DNA of 63,104 nucleotides, counting the filler, from Phoronis australis (Eukaryota; Animalia; Phoronida): the NCBI GenBank assembly GCA_002633005.1. It is 6 parts of 6 records of this genome, joined end to end, with 100 filler letters (N's around TTAATTAATTAA, not from the genome) between each part and the next. Parts side by side here need not be neighbours in the genome. Positions count along the whole stretch, not along the records: positions 1 to 25,211 come from NMRA01001115.1; positions 25,312 to 47,386 come from NMRA01000006.1; 4 more parts are not named here. One strand, given 5' to 3'. The notes below the pieces were generated by a model. That model saw nothing but the letters and a program-made list of their open reading frames with translations, ran no database searches and was not told the origin of the DNA. The first letter of the stretch is position 1; every line of letters begins with the position of its first letter. Both the position numbers and the translations under genes were made by a program. This document shows positions 24,641 to 37,125 of the stretch, one piece after another.

Positions 24641-25133
24641 CATCGCAGAACACAGACAACCAATTTGCTTCTTAGATCATTTGTTTACACTGTTGACAAT
24701 TAATTTACCCCGTTACCCACGATGAATTACTCACGTAATTTACGTGCTTACCATTCACACATTTGGCCAACTATACGTCCTGACCAACAACGTTATTGGA
24801 AGACGAGTTAAGGTTGGTGACGACGGACTGTTGGTGACTAGCAGCGGGTGAGGGGTGGTAACGTTCTGTGACTTGAGATACGTGATGTGCCATACTTGAC
24901 AGGTTACGAATGGCCTGTGATCTGCGGTGGCTGTCGAGTGTTAGAAAAGAGCATTGGAAGATTGGTGAAACAACCGGTGACAATTGATATATGGCTGGTG
25001 ACAAAAGGCGGATAGTTGTTGACGGCGTGGTTCATTAGCGGTGAACGAGGATATCATTATTACTCTGCACTATCGCTGACCTACAATCATTTTCGAGCAT
25101 CACCATCACCCACCAGCATTTACCAACCTGATG

Positions 25134-25211
25134 CAGTGGCGGATCTAGGATATCACAAGGGGGGCCCAACATTTTGTCCGGCTGTAAGCATTTGCACCAA
25201 CCACGATTGTA
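25134..25211 (+). mobile_element. Terminus of a CAGTGGCGGATC-type element, truncated by the gap
   Basis: Near-identical reverse complement at 53906-53990. Confidence 0.75.
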
Positions 25212-25311
25212 NNNNNNNNNNNNNNNNNNNNNNNNNNNNNNNNNNNNNNNNNNNNTTAATTAATTAANNNNNNNNNNNNNNNNNNNNNNNNNNNNNNNNN
25301 NNNNNNNNNNN
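25212..25311. other. Artificial contig spacer (44N-TTAATTAATTAA-44N); also at 47387-47486, 53325-53424, 57347-57446 and 60894-60993
   Basis: Identical 100-bp structure five times. The 12-mer gives stop codons in all six frames. Confidence 0.95.
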
Positions 25312-26371
25312 TAAACCAAACATTCAACGCGATTCACAGGACCACCCCTAGCGGCAGTACCCGGAACTACGAAGTGAGTCAGAAATTCGCCCGATTGTCA
25401 GAAATTGACGAAATGTTCGTTTAGAACAAGTGTTTGAAATAGTTCATTAATGAACCCTTTAGTGCGGAATACAGTTCATTACATTCGCAAATTATGCTAT
25501 ATACCAATAAATTCAGCTCGAAGTTGAAGGTCGCGGGAAAAGGCGACTTTCTCAACTTTTAAGTGCAGGAAAGTGAAAACTACTTACATAATCGTGTTCG
25601 CAAGACTCCCTTTTGTTCTTTCACGAAGTTTCACGTAAAAATTCGCGAGTTTAGTCTTCTCCTGGGTTGAAAACCAAATAGCAGTCATTTTTACCAGCAT
25701 CCATTTTGGTCTGAAAAATCGGTCACGTCCCTGCAAAAAACTCGTGCAAAGTATTATTAAACGAATTTTGCGACAAAAAAAGATTATCAGATAAGTAAAA
25801 CAATATATTCTTTCATACTTTGCAATAATTTTTATTCACATTTATTACATTTTTGAGTTATTTTTTGCCGATTGTAGTGAGCGAATTTAACACGGTGACA
25901 GATACGCGACGCGATTCGCTGAAGAATGCTGTCCTCGCTAACTATGTGTAGTCAAGTAAGAACACCTCATATAAATACGTGGGTGCATAAAAATCATCCC
26001 TGTAGATTGAATAATTTTCAAGACGGGCATTTAAAGATCGTTGGACATGCAAATTTGTTAAAATAAGGTCAGTGAACCAAGCGGTAAATAACTGCAGCGC
26101 GTTGGCAAGTCTTGAACCAGCCAATCAGTGAATAACTAACGGGTCGTTAATATTCCGTGAATGAAGATGGTTTCCAAATCAGGGACCGCCACATTTGACC
26201 AATATATGGTGTCCGTACATAATGACAACTGCAATCCCACCAACATTAAGGGTCTGGTTTGAAGTCAACAAGGTCACAGAAATAATAAATGAACAAGTGT
26301 GAAATTGGTAATGGTATTCCAAAAAAATTCAGGAGGCAAATGTTGCAGTTGCGCCATTTACCGGCATTTAC

Positions 26372-26536
26372 CTGAGTTTTCTTTGAAAGAATAGGCCACC
26401 TTTTAGTTTGTGATAATGTGTCGATTTCTTTATGACGAATTACAGCACATGTCGTTGCTCGCGTAACAACAGAACGCACAGCAATTAGATTGAGGGAAGA
26501 AGAAACCACGCGAAAACTCTTCAACACAGCAGCCAT
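26372..26536 (-). CDS. First coding exon of a probable nuclear-encoded mitochondrial protein (identity unknown)
   Basis: caaaATGGctgc start context. MAAVLKSFRVVSSSLNLIAVRSVVTRATT is Arg/Ser-rich and acid-free, like a presequence. CAG|gtaaat donor. Confidence 0.6.
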
Positions 26537-28165
26537 TTTGTCTGTTACCCACAATGCCCAATGCCTCACAGACTTTTTTTAAAACAGTTCTCCAACAGAG
26601 TGCGCTCAAACACAAGTTCGGGGGAGGTAGTTCCCGGCTGGGCCTCCGGACACTCTGCCGTCACGTCGGGATAGCGAGTGAATCAATCTTGGTCTGTGCA
26701 GGAGATGTTCAGGACGATATGGAGGATGCTAGTTCATTTGTTTTAAACAGGATTCAAAAAGGTCCCCACTTATAAAATGCTTGAAAAGAAAACTCTGAAT
26801 CCCAACATCAGTGACCTTTCAGTGTATCGCGGGGGATCAACCTTTTTGTGAATTCTTTAGGCCGGGAATCATGATTACATTGGAAATTAAGACGATTTTT
26901 TGGTAATAGAACAGAATAAAATATAACGAAATTTTCAGGGATGATCCAGGATTTTTAGTTGGGGGGCAAGGGCAGAGTATTAGCCAGGATTTGCCCGTCA
27001 GACATTCGCACCCCCGAATTATCGGGTCAATGACTGTGAGGGTTTTAGGGGCCGGGGGGGGGGGGGCANGGGGGGGCATGCCCCCCTTGGCCGCCTCTAA
27101 ATCCGACACTGGTTTATCTTGTATCTGTTGCAAACAAGAACTGATTAGGATGCTAGTTTCCGATAAAAAATATAAAGAATGAACCAAGATATGTACGAAG
27201 ACAAGAGGCAGACTGAGAGTGTTTTCTGTCCATGGCGGCCCGGCCATGACCACGAGAAGTGTCTGACATACTTAATAAAACGTTGTTTTGCTAAAATACC
27301 TACTTGACCAGCTAGCTGTATAAAGTCTCGTCAAAAAAGATTCAGCAATTTTTTTACCCACATCGGAGCAAACTATTTGGAATGCTTGAGTCCATGCCAT
27401 GGACACTGAAATGATGGGCACACTGAAACAGCGCGTTTTAATTGAACCGAGCCGGGCAAAATGGCCAGTGGTTTTCACGGGATTGTTCGGAGGAGAGGAG
27501 GCAGTTCTGAGCAATATACAGGCATTAACAGCATCCAATCGAAGTCCACGAAATACTTATCGGAAGTCCCATCTAACAGAAAAACGCGCTGCAGCGGAGG
27601 GAAGATAATTAAATTAAAGATACTGGGGCTAACCCTCCACATATTAATGCTGTTGATAGTCGTCTCAAATTATTTTTCAGTCAAATTAGGTGCGATTTTT
27701 GTTCTTGGACGGAAAGGCCAATTCAATTCTTCTGCCAAAAGTTCCTGATCATGATATAATGCCACACCCTGTGAGCTTAGCACGTAGTAACACTGTTCCC
27801 TTCTGCGTGGCCTGAGAGAGCCTTTCAGATATCTTGTGTTAAATCGTTTGGAAAAGGAGTTCCCTAGGAAACCTCAATTATACCAAAGGGTCACGGGGAG
27901 CGAACAGCGGAAAGACATACCAGACGCCACGCGGAGGAGTGTGCAAGGTTCATCTGCAATCGCCATTTTAGGTCCACATGATAATTTTGAGGTGCTTCTT
28001 CGATCTTAATATAGCGAAAAAATTGACCTCTAAACCCTTATTTGCATGCATAATTAGGTCAAAATTTGGCTTAATTGCATAAATTACATATAAGCATATC
28101 TCTGGAACCACTTGACAGAATTGCAGGATCTTTTGGGTAGCTCATTCAAGGTCAGGATCAAGTGA

Positions 28166-28235
28166 CATGGGCGGCGCACCATAGGGAGCTGGGGGGGCTA
28201 TAGCCCCCACTTTTTCCAGTGCTGCGCCGCCCATG
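28166..28235. mobile_element. 70-bp mini-MITE with 5-bp TSD
   Basis: Perfect 13-bp TIR catgggcggcgca / tgcgccgcccatg, with agtga at 28161-28165 and 28236-28240. Confidence 0.75.
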
Positions 28236-28699
28236 AGTGACAATTTCCAAAAACCACTATCTTTTGCCAAAAACAGTCAAACCACACGAAATATGTGCAC
28301 GTTTCATAAGAAATCGCCATACTTGGTCCGAATGACCATTTTGAGTTGCTCTTTTAAAGTTGATAAAAACAAAATTCGACCACATTAGCTCCAATTTGTA
28401 TAATTATGTCATAGTTGCTGGTCATAATTAGCATAATTTACTTGTGTGCATCTCAAACCCGTTTTGTGGGTCGCTTCTTACCAGCTTATATAACCATCTT
28501 ATACCAGCTCATTTTTGACACTCGGTACATTTTAGGCCAAAACCACGTGACAATTTCCTGAAAACTGCTATTTTTATCAAAAAAAGAAAAAAAAATCTAC
28601 CACGCCGGGACATGCAGAAACCGGGACACATAGAACCCGAAATACATTGAACTCACGACACATCGTGATGACCCCAAAATGAAGATAAAAGCTTTAGTC

Positions 28700-29400
28700 C
28701 AACTTTAGATCCGAGTCTTTCTTGAAACTGACTTGCGACAGTTTTCCTTTAGATTGACTGAAACTTGAGTTAAGTCGTTTTTCTTGTACTTTCATTGTAT
28801 TTTTGTACAATCTATCTTCATTTTTTATTGAAATGAGAAGACCGTGTGTTATACACGGGTTGATTTCTTGCTTGTATTTGTTGAACTGTGTGTTTTTGGA
28901 GGGAAAATGTTTCTGATGCAACTTAATGATGATATTGGACGGTGTCGAGTATTTAGTTCCGTGTTTAGGGATTGACTTTGACTGAAAATGTAATCAAAAT
29001 TGACCTCTTCAGTTTGCGCTCATTTAAAAATTTTGTTCTCGTTCTTTGGTCTATATTTGTGTTTTAATTCTTTTTCAAATTTGTGGTTTGTAATTAACCT
29101 TTGGCATTTGGTGAGATACACGTAGGGAAATGGTCAAATAGAATGAAGAAGAATGTGGCACTGCGAGATGTTTCGCTGTTATCAGAAGATGTGTGATAAA
29201 TATGATGAATTAGAGACGATGACATGTCGTTGAGTTTGACAGGGTAAGTGATTTTAGGTTGTGAGTGAAGGCTAAACATTATGTCTTGAAATCTTAAAAG
29301 TTGTGGCTGTGGTTAATTTTTAAAAGATCAATGTTGAGATAACGGGCAACATTGAATTCGTTGTTATCTGTGCTTGATTTGGCAATGACATATGCAAATT
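28700..29400 (-). mobile_element. Decayed CR1/L2-group LINE ORF2 fragment (end of APE endonuclease plus linker)
   Basis: Ordered degenerate motifs NIDLLK, PKITYP..SLIHHI..DHFP and KHFP..INPCITHGLLISIK..RLYK (consensus PWIT.G...SIK). Confidence 0.7.
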
Positions 29401-29519
29401 CACATAAAAATATATGCATATATCTGTCTGGAGTTACAGGGGCTTGTAAGTGTTGGCAATAGCTATACGTTTGTTGTGCATTTTGATATGAGAGAGTAAG
29501 CATTCATACGATTTAAAAT

Positions 29520-29622
29520 TATATAAAATATCGTTTTTGTAAACACGCAAGCCTTTTGATATGTATGTAACTTGGCTAAAGCATGTTTTATATCTATTGT
29601 ATTTTATCCTCTATAAATAAAG

Positions 29623-29710
<88 letters not shown>
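29520..29710 (+). repeat. AATAAA followed by an (ATT)n tail, probable LINE 3' end
   Basis: aaataaagtttattattatt.. with a long ATT array. Confidence 0.7.
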
Positions 29711-29711
<1 letters not shown>

Positions 29712-29994
29712 GTAACTAATCCGGCGTGAGTGCTACAATCTGATGAGTAACCTTTAAAGTGTATGTCATAGTTGTCTCGAGTCAACAGTGAGTAATTGTC
29801 AGTTGTTGATAACCATGACTCAGGTGGTATCGAAAAAATAATTCAGTGTTTGTAGATCATCAGGAGATACTCTAAAAAATCAAATTTTGCGCTGAGCGAC
29901 TGAATAGTGACACTCAGTAATTTGATTTCATCTTTATGTAGTTAGAAAATAATCCAAGCTTGCGTGTCATAATATTTAGATTTACTAATTACTA

Positions 29995-30800
29995 TTTCAT
30001 GTGTTGGGTTTCAAATATCTTCTGGACAAAGTTGAATTTTAAAATTAAAACACCTAATTCGTTCGTCCAAAGCATAACTTCGCTTTAGAGCTCAGTTTCA
30101 GTTAACTGGACAGAGGAAGCATAGTGATCATGTTTCTTCATGGGCCTCGCTCATCCGAGGGAAAGGTGTCTGTGCCTTCTGAGAGAGGAATTTTTTCGCC
30201 GTTCGAGTGAGGGGAAAAATCCACCTCCCGATCACCACTCAATAGCACCCCCGCCCTGTTGCAAGCTCTCATAGGCTCTGTCTCAAGTAGCATTTTGTGT
30301 TCTTTCAAATTGTTACCTGTGTGGTTACAGATGATTTGAACTCCGGAGAGAAATTTTCAATGAAGGGGAATTTTTGGGCCGTGTTGGGGGAATTTCCGAA
30401 TTACGCGTGATTTTTCAAATATTTTTGAGAGGGCCGATATTCGGCCCCAAAATCGAGGGATTGATGACCCTGTCTTTTTCGGAAGAAAAATGCGTCATGT
30501 TTCAACTCGTAGTCATGAAAACACAGTCTGGCTGCGACCGAAGATTCTCTGGTCGTTGCTATGATGCTCGGCAACTGAGAATGCGACAATTAAAATATGA
30601 TCTAACTTTTCGAAAACATTTATAAAATTTACATGACCATATTTTCCATCGTCGCGGCGTAGGGCAACGACCCAACGCTTCCGAATCTCAACCTCCTTAG
30701 GGATTGTAAAACAAACAGTTGAGAGTGCGTATTTTGTTCCGCCATTCAAGCTACGCCGGCGGAATACAACACACCAACAGAGGTATCGTAGCGAGCCTCG
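29995..30800. mobile_element. Dispersed repeat copy 2, extending into a decayed THAP N-terminus on the minus strand
   Basis: Match to 432-1480. Minus-strand translation near 30630-30790 gives VCCIP...CFTIPKEVEIRKRWVVALRRDDG. Confidence 0.7.
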
Positions 30801-32882
30801 TTTTGGAACGCGCCTCCTGTCGGCGTGAATTAGGTCTAGCTTTTCCGCAAACGCTTAACAATGATCTCATTCATTTTAATTGACTAATTAAGAGCGATTT
30901 GAGATCAATTTCATAACGGCAAGTGGTCTAAGTAAAAAGTTGATTTTGGTGGTGGACGGCGGCCGGGTTTCAAAACTGTCACAGTCGATATGCCCTACGT
31001 TTGAGTAATTCAACGGCTGTGGAGAATGTCTGTTCACTGACCTTGCGAAATGTAATATTCAGTTAGTTACACTATATCATTGCTTTGATTTGTTAATTAG
31101 AGAAGGACGAATTCAGCAGTAGAAGGTCACGAAACTAGCTTGAGAGTGGTATCACCAAAACATTTAAACTCGAGTGTATTGGAACCAGTTTTAAATGTTG
31201 AACTAAAGAAACAATGAATTGAATTTTACGCGTGTTCAGTAATTCTGTTATAAAACTCATAGGCCTATCGTCCAAAAGAGGCCATTTTAGCATTGTATCC
31301 GTTGAATTATTGATACCAGCTTAAAATATCCGAGTAGGGTAAGGTATAAGCAATGTAAACTGAAGTCAACATGCTTTTCTCTCAGTTTACTGAATACGTT
31401 CAGTTGCAAAATCGATCAGTGTCAGGCGTTCTTACATAAATTGAAGTAACGTACAACTGAGTGAAGTCGATATATTTTAATTTTCGTAGCTCATTGAATA
31501 CACTGCGGCAATTGAGAAGAAAATGCTGTCGAGCCAGAGATACACCATTAATGCACACGCTCCTCCATTTTTACTTAAAGTTCACAGACGTAGCGTGCTT
31601 TGTCAAAACACGATCTGTTCTCCACGGTCTGGTTACTAGAAATGAAAGCGAAGCAGTCCATGGATTCTGAAACAGAAAACACGACACGGTAGGAGTCTGT
31701 GATAAAGTGTCATACAATAACAATTTAGGGTGTCGAAGTTCCGCAAGAAGTGAAGCGCAAATTAACTTCTAATCGCGTTATCAGCCATACACAAATATAA
31801 CAGATTAGCTATGGAAGATTCGAAACGAAAATGTGGACGTGTAAGGCAGCAACACGAGAAATTTTAGGACGTAAGCAATACCGTAAAAAGATCAATGGTG
31901 ATGACGGAGATGGTGATAATACAGCGTATTTGATACAGTGACAAAACACAAAAATATAAATCACGAAAGGAAAGCACGAAATTTTTCATCAAACAAGTAT
32001 TCTGTAGTAGACCACGGGAGGCTGTAAGTTGGTGCTGAAAGTTCTGCTGTATTCGAATAGTTGTCAGTATGAACAGGGCCGCGTATTATCGTTGACTACA
32101 GTTAGTGTTGCACAATAACGCAAATAATTTCTACAAATCATAACGAGAGCAAGAACATTGCGAGTGGTGAAAATAAAAGATCAACACAGGAATCCAGAAT
32201 TTTTTGGAGGCGGGAGGGATGGGGGAGGGGGGTGTGGCAAGGCAGAGTATTAGAGATTATTTTGCCCGTCGGACATTCCCACCCTCGAACTGCCAAATGG
32301 AATCTGTATGAATCATGAAATCATGCCGTACACGATAACCGAATCACTACCTCGCGATTCAGGCCTTAAGAAGCAAAGAAGCTGTAGATGTTGACGAAAT
32401 AAGCTAGTGAGGCAGCTCCTGTGGCGTGTAGAGCGCACATCTTCCTAATGTAGACCTACATCATACTTTTATATTTCCCAACTCTTTTTTGTATTTTTAA
32501 CCGTGGACCTAGTACAACTCTATCTTATTCTAATCACAGTACAGAGATGACCTTTTATCGCGTACTTGCTGTGCTATCTGGAGGCTACGTGGTCCCACAT
32601 CCTGGGCTCTCATCCTATTCGTCACAAAGGAATGAGACGAACATGAGGTTATCTTAAGTAACGTTATGGAATGTAATGCCAACATACTGTGTTTATTTAA
32701 CCTACGTTTGTCTTCACAGACTACACTATTGCACTTTATTCTATAAACCAGATAAAATTAGAGAATTTTGGTATGCCGTAATGTCAAAACGCAATCAACC
32801 AACGTACATGAACATGAATACTTCTGAAGAAAAGTAGCAAAGATACCAATTACTCCTCTTGTTACTCACACACTGCATAGGT

Positions 32883-33427
32883 CTAAGTCTTACCATCAAC
32901 AACGCTCCACACCTCAACATCGGTCCACAACATGTTTGGAGGGCAGCTGAGAGTACCTTCGTAGCTGTTGGAATGATAACTGCACTTGCCATCAGATTGG
33001 AAATAGTTATGGATGCTGTTATAGGATGCAGATCCAGAAAAGAACTTCAGTTCATGATCCTGACCAAATGTTGGACCATAGTTTTCATCATCGATCACAG
33101 AATTGCTGAATTCCTTGACGTTGTATCTGGCTGTTGCACACTGAGTTCTTTCATTACACAGTTGAAACAAGAATGCGTTACTATCTCCGTTCCGAGGAGT
33201 TCCCCAGGAGACAGAAGCATAACCACCGTAGATGGCTCCATCAGATGAATCTTTTCCAATAGAGATGGTTGGGCCCTTATCGTCACATTTGTTGTGAAAT
33301 TGCACACTCGACATTCCGTCACGTGATGCCCGGTAAAGGAGCTTGAATTTTTTTCCCGAGAACCAGTTTCTCAGCTTATTTACCTGGTCTGTATTCAGCA
33401 GACTTGAATCTAGAAGACTCCCCGAGT
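32883..33427 (-). CDS. Terminal exon encoding a complete TLDc domain
   Basis: After a ttttag acceptor: SSLLNTDQVNKLRNWFSGKKFKLLYRASRDGMSSVQFHNKCDDKGPT..IYGGYASVSW..DSNAFLFQL..YGPTFGQDHEL..DVEVWSV*. AATAAA at 32735-32740 on minus. Confidence 0.88.
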
Positions 33428-33813
33428 CTAAAATTCAAATATACACTGTATCTTACAGTGAAGCTCAACGGTGCAATTGTCGACGCATTAAAGCGATTTT
33501 CATTTCAGGAATAGTTTTGCAGTGAAAGAGAAATCCGAATATATTTTATTCGCTGACAAAGTGAACATAACTGGAAGTGACGCTATCTAATAACGACAAC
33601 TGACGGTGAACACTTACCGGTCCGTACCTTATAGGTATGCTTAAGATGTTAATGCAACACGTAATCTCTTTTGTAAGGTACTAATAGCTAGTTGAAACAA
33701 GCACAAATGTTATAAAATATTTGAATGAACATGTCTATTACAGACTGAGCGATTTTTTTATCTAAAATGATGTAATAAAATACTGACATTTTTTTCGCAA
33801 TAGACCTAAATAC

Positions 33814-34300
33814 CTTTGCCAGTCCATATGGTCACGTCATTTTTCAACGATTCTTCACCAATCAAAGATTTGAAGCGACGGGAGTCCATAGAGGTTATAC
33901 GAGTATTTTCTTCCTGGCATTTTCTTTTTGCGCTTTCCCAATCCACTGATGCGTTGCTCAGTTTTAAGCATGAATGTTCACTGTAACGAAATTTGCTTGG
34001 GCAATAGAGTTTACTCAGAATGAGTTCAAGGGAGGACAATGACTTCTCGTTTTGATATCTCCCGTCTTGAACTATTTTAGAAACATTTAGTGAAATGACA
34101 TCACGTATGTCTTTAAATTCTGCTTGGATGGTGTTAAGAATTGTCCTTTGAAAGTCCTGGTTGCTTTTTTCTTCTTCTTTCAGTAAGGTGATGATTGACT
34201 CTTCGAGAACAGATCTCTTCACTACAGCCGAAGCCACCGGGAGGGACGCGATTTGATTATTCAGCACAACGACCACTACGAGAAGATATGCCCTGAACAT
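33814..34300 (-). CDS. First coding exon: signal peptide, helical segment and N-terminal half of a C-type lectin-like domain
   Basis: aaaaATG; hydrophobic LLVVVVVL; CPSKFRYSEHSCLKL..VDWESAKRKCQEENTRITSM..IWTG. The phase-1 donor G|gtattt is compatible with the phase-1 TLDc acceptor. Confidence 0.7.
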
Positions 34301-36675
34301 TTTTGTTAATGGGTTCAAAAAGTTCTTTGGTAAATACAAAGAGGCCTTTTCACGACACCAAAGACCAACAAAATCCTCAACACTGTAATAGTGGAGTTTG
34401 TCTGGAAGACGCATATGTAACACCGCCTTTTAAGTTTCAAGCATCGCTTTATGATAGTTTATACATGTCAATCAAACTAATTATTCCGGCCAATCACAGC
34501 GCAGGACAGATATACATCACAGTACTAGGGCGTCAACATTCTTCCTCAAACACTGCTTGCGATCGAAGAAACAAAGACGGGGCTCTTGCCCTGCTGACAA
34601 TAATACGATAAGGAGAACGAACGAGGACCATCACCTGTAACTTATTGAAGTTTGCAGCAGACTTCAGGATCAACTGAACACATGCCTGAATATAAAACAC
34701 ACAATCAACGTAAAAGATGTTCACTTTCTTAATGTTTCATAATTGATATATTTTTGGTATTTTGTGCATCACAATCTAATGCGGCAATTAACCCGCCTTC
34801 CGTGAAAACAACTTTTGATTTAGACCACATACTGTATGAAATCGAAGTAAAATTCTTTAGGCAAATTGCAGAGGATTTCAGGGATTTGAAAGAACTGGTA
34901 GTTCGTTATTGCTTGAGACATGAGTCTCTATAAGCTGGCTTGACACTGCGTGTCATGTTATTCGCCGAGCACATGGTCTCATTAAATAAAGAATTGTAAG
35001 TCCTTTGGAAACCTCGAAATCATTGCTCATATGAGTGAGTAACAAGTTGAGATCAAGTTTACAGTGGTAGCTGGTCTAAATTAAAGCTTGCTCTTTCGAC
35101 AAAGTGAGAGTTCATAACGGGTTTGAACATGTGAAACTTATCGGAATATATCAGCGGTTTTGACGTACCGAAAGATGCACTTGTCAACAACGAAAAACAC
35201 TTTCTAAGCCAGCACTCGACATTCAGCCGGCAATAAAGAAATTCAAAATGCAGTTAACTTGCGCGTAGGTAGTTAATCCTAGCATCCGTTTAAAAATGTT
35301 TTCGTATAATTACTGTCAAAACTATTCACTCTTTATGATCGAGATATGTCGTGAGGAAAAAAATAGTCCCAAGAAACTAGTGTCTGAGACAATATAGTGG
35401 TTGGCGAAGTAAAGGTGATTTATTAAGACAAAATAATGCTAAAAAGTATCGAATTGTTGTTTTTTTACATGCCATATGATGGTCACATCACGGGACCTGT
35501 AAACAAATGAAGCACACAGTCACACACACACGCACACACATAATGTTAGCCAACACAAGGAGTGTAAGAAGAATAATTATTAACTTATAATTATAACAGA
35601 CCAAACGTGCAATTTCTTACATTTCAATTACATACATATTATAGCAGATGAAATATAATAACAATTGTCTTTGGAAGGATGAACAATAAAAAGGGACACA
35701 CGATTGGACAGAGACTTAGAATGGGAGGAGATTGAGGTATTGTGTAGAGCTACTTACAGTATGCTGCCACCCGGATACCAAACCCCAACTCCATGTGGCA
35801 CGTTTATAGGGGCGGTATGTTTACCCAAATACTGGAAAAGCTGCCACTTGTTCGCTCACTAGGGTCATAGGTAAGGCTTAAAAGATAACACTGAGGTATA
35901 TACGAGTAAATAGAGCGAAAGTAGGTAGTAATAATGAGACAAGGAAAATGGCAGAGAATAAAGCTGGGGTAGAAAGTGATGAGAGACAGTGTGATAAAAT
36001 GATACTCACGATGTGGATAGATATACATCAGCGGTGGAGGCAACACCGGCACCGTGGATGATGTGTGCGGTAGTTGAGTGAGGGAGTTGTAGGCGGTATT
36101 GGTCTGATATAACGTGCCCGAATTTCAGTTGAGATCCAGTTTTAAATAACTGGTTCTCAAAATGCGCCCACGTAATATCAGATTATTGCCGGTGTAGGCA
36201 ACACTGACTGACATCTGGAGAAAGGAGGGGAGAAAGGGTAAGGAACATCTGATGAGAGGTAGTGACAATCTGGTGGGTGATTATTACGAAGGACCAAAGC
36301 AGTCAATATTGACGCCAGTGGAGCTGCAGACGCGGAAATGATGAGTTGATGGTGAAGAATTGTTTTACGGTGAGGGGAAAAAGGACATGTGCCATGAAGA
36401 TTTTGATTGCAATCCGCAGGACTTCCAGATGCTCGCGTTCGATGACAGTGTCCCGACCTGACTCTAAACGAGACATTAGATATAATAAAAAGACTGATGA
36501 AGGTTAATTTTTCAGATCTTTGACTTCTCCGTGTGTTTACATGTTTTCTCTAAGTTGTAATAATACAACAGACAAAAAACAAATATGTTCGACCGGAGGG
36601 CGGAGCTTAGCGATCATGGTCCAGATAGTACGAGGACAATCAGCTGTGGTGCCGTACACTTATATTATCTAGTGT

Positions 36676-36762
36676 GTTTATTTATTTATTTTATTTATTT
36701 ATTGTAATATTGACAATGAGAGTATCCCCATCAGTTTTCACTTCTTTCCTTGGGACCCTCAC
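36676..36762 (-). mobile_element. 3' tip of an L2/CR1-type LINE or partner SINE with (AATA)n tail
   Basis: Minus strand gagggtccc..ggggatactctc stem-like end followed by aataaataaa repeats. Confidence 0.45.
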
Positions 36763-36999
36763 TAAAACATACAAAGACAAAAAGACAAGCAAAGAGAATT
36801 ACAAAATGCCGAAAGATAAGATTTAAATGATCCTGACGAAAATGAAACTAACATGGAAAGACTGATGAAACAAAATAAATAATAAAAAACAATAAATAGA
36901 AGATACTAAAAGTGAGATAAAATGATTAAATAAAAATAAACAATAATAAATATAAATAGTAATTAATAAAAGTAAGACATAATATATATATTATATATG

Positions 37000-37044
37000 T
37001 ATATATACATATACATACATACAAACACATACATATTCACACAT

Positions 37045-37125
<81 letters not shown>
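37000..37125. repeat. Compound (TA)/(CATA)/(CA)n microsatellite
   Basis: Direct reading. Confidence 0.95.

Noticed and set aside
25256-25267. Recurrent TTAATTAATTAA motif
   Set aside because: Always centred in identical N runs, so it is an assembly linker.
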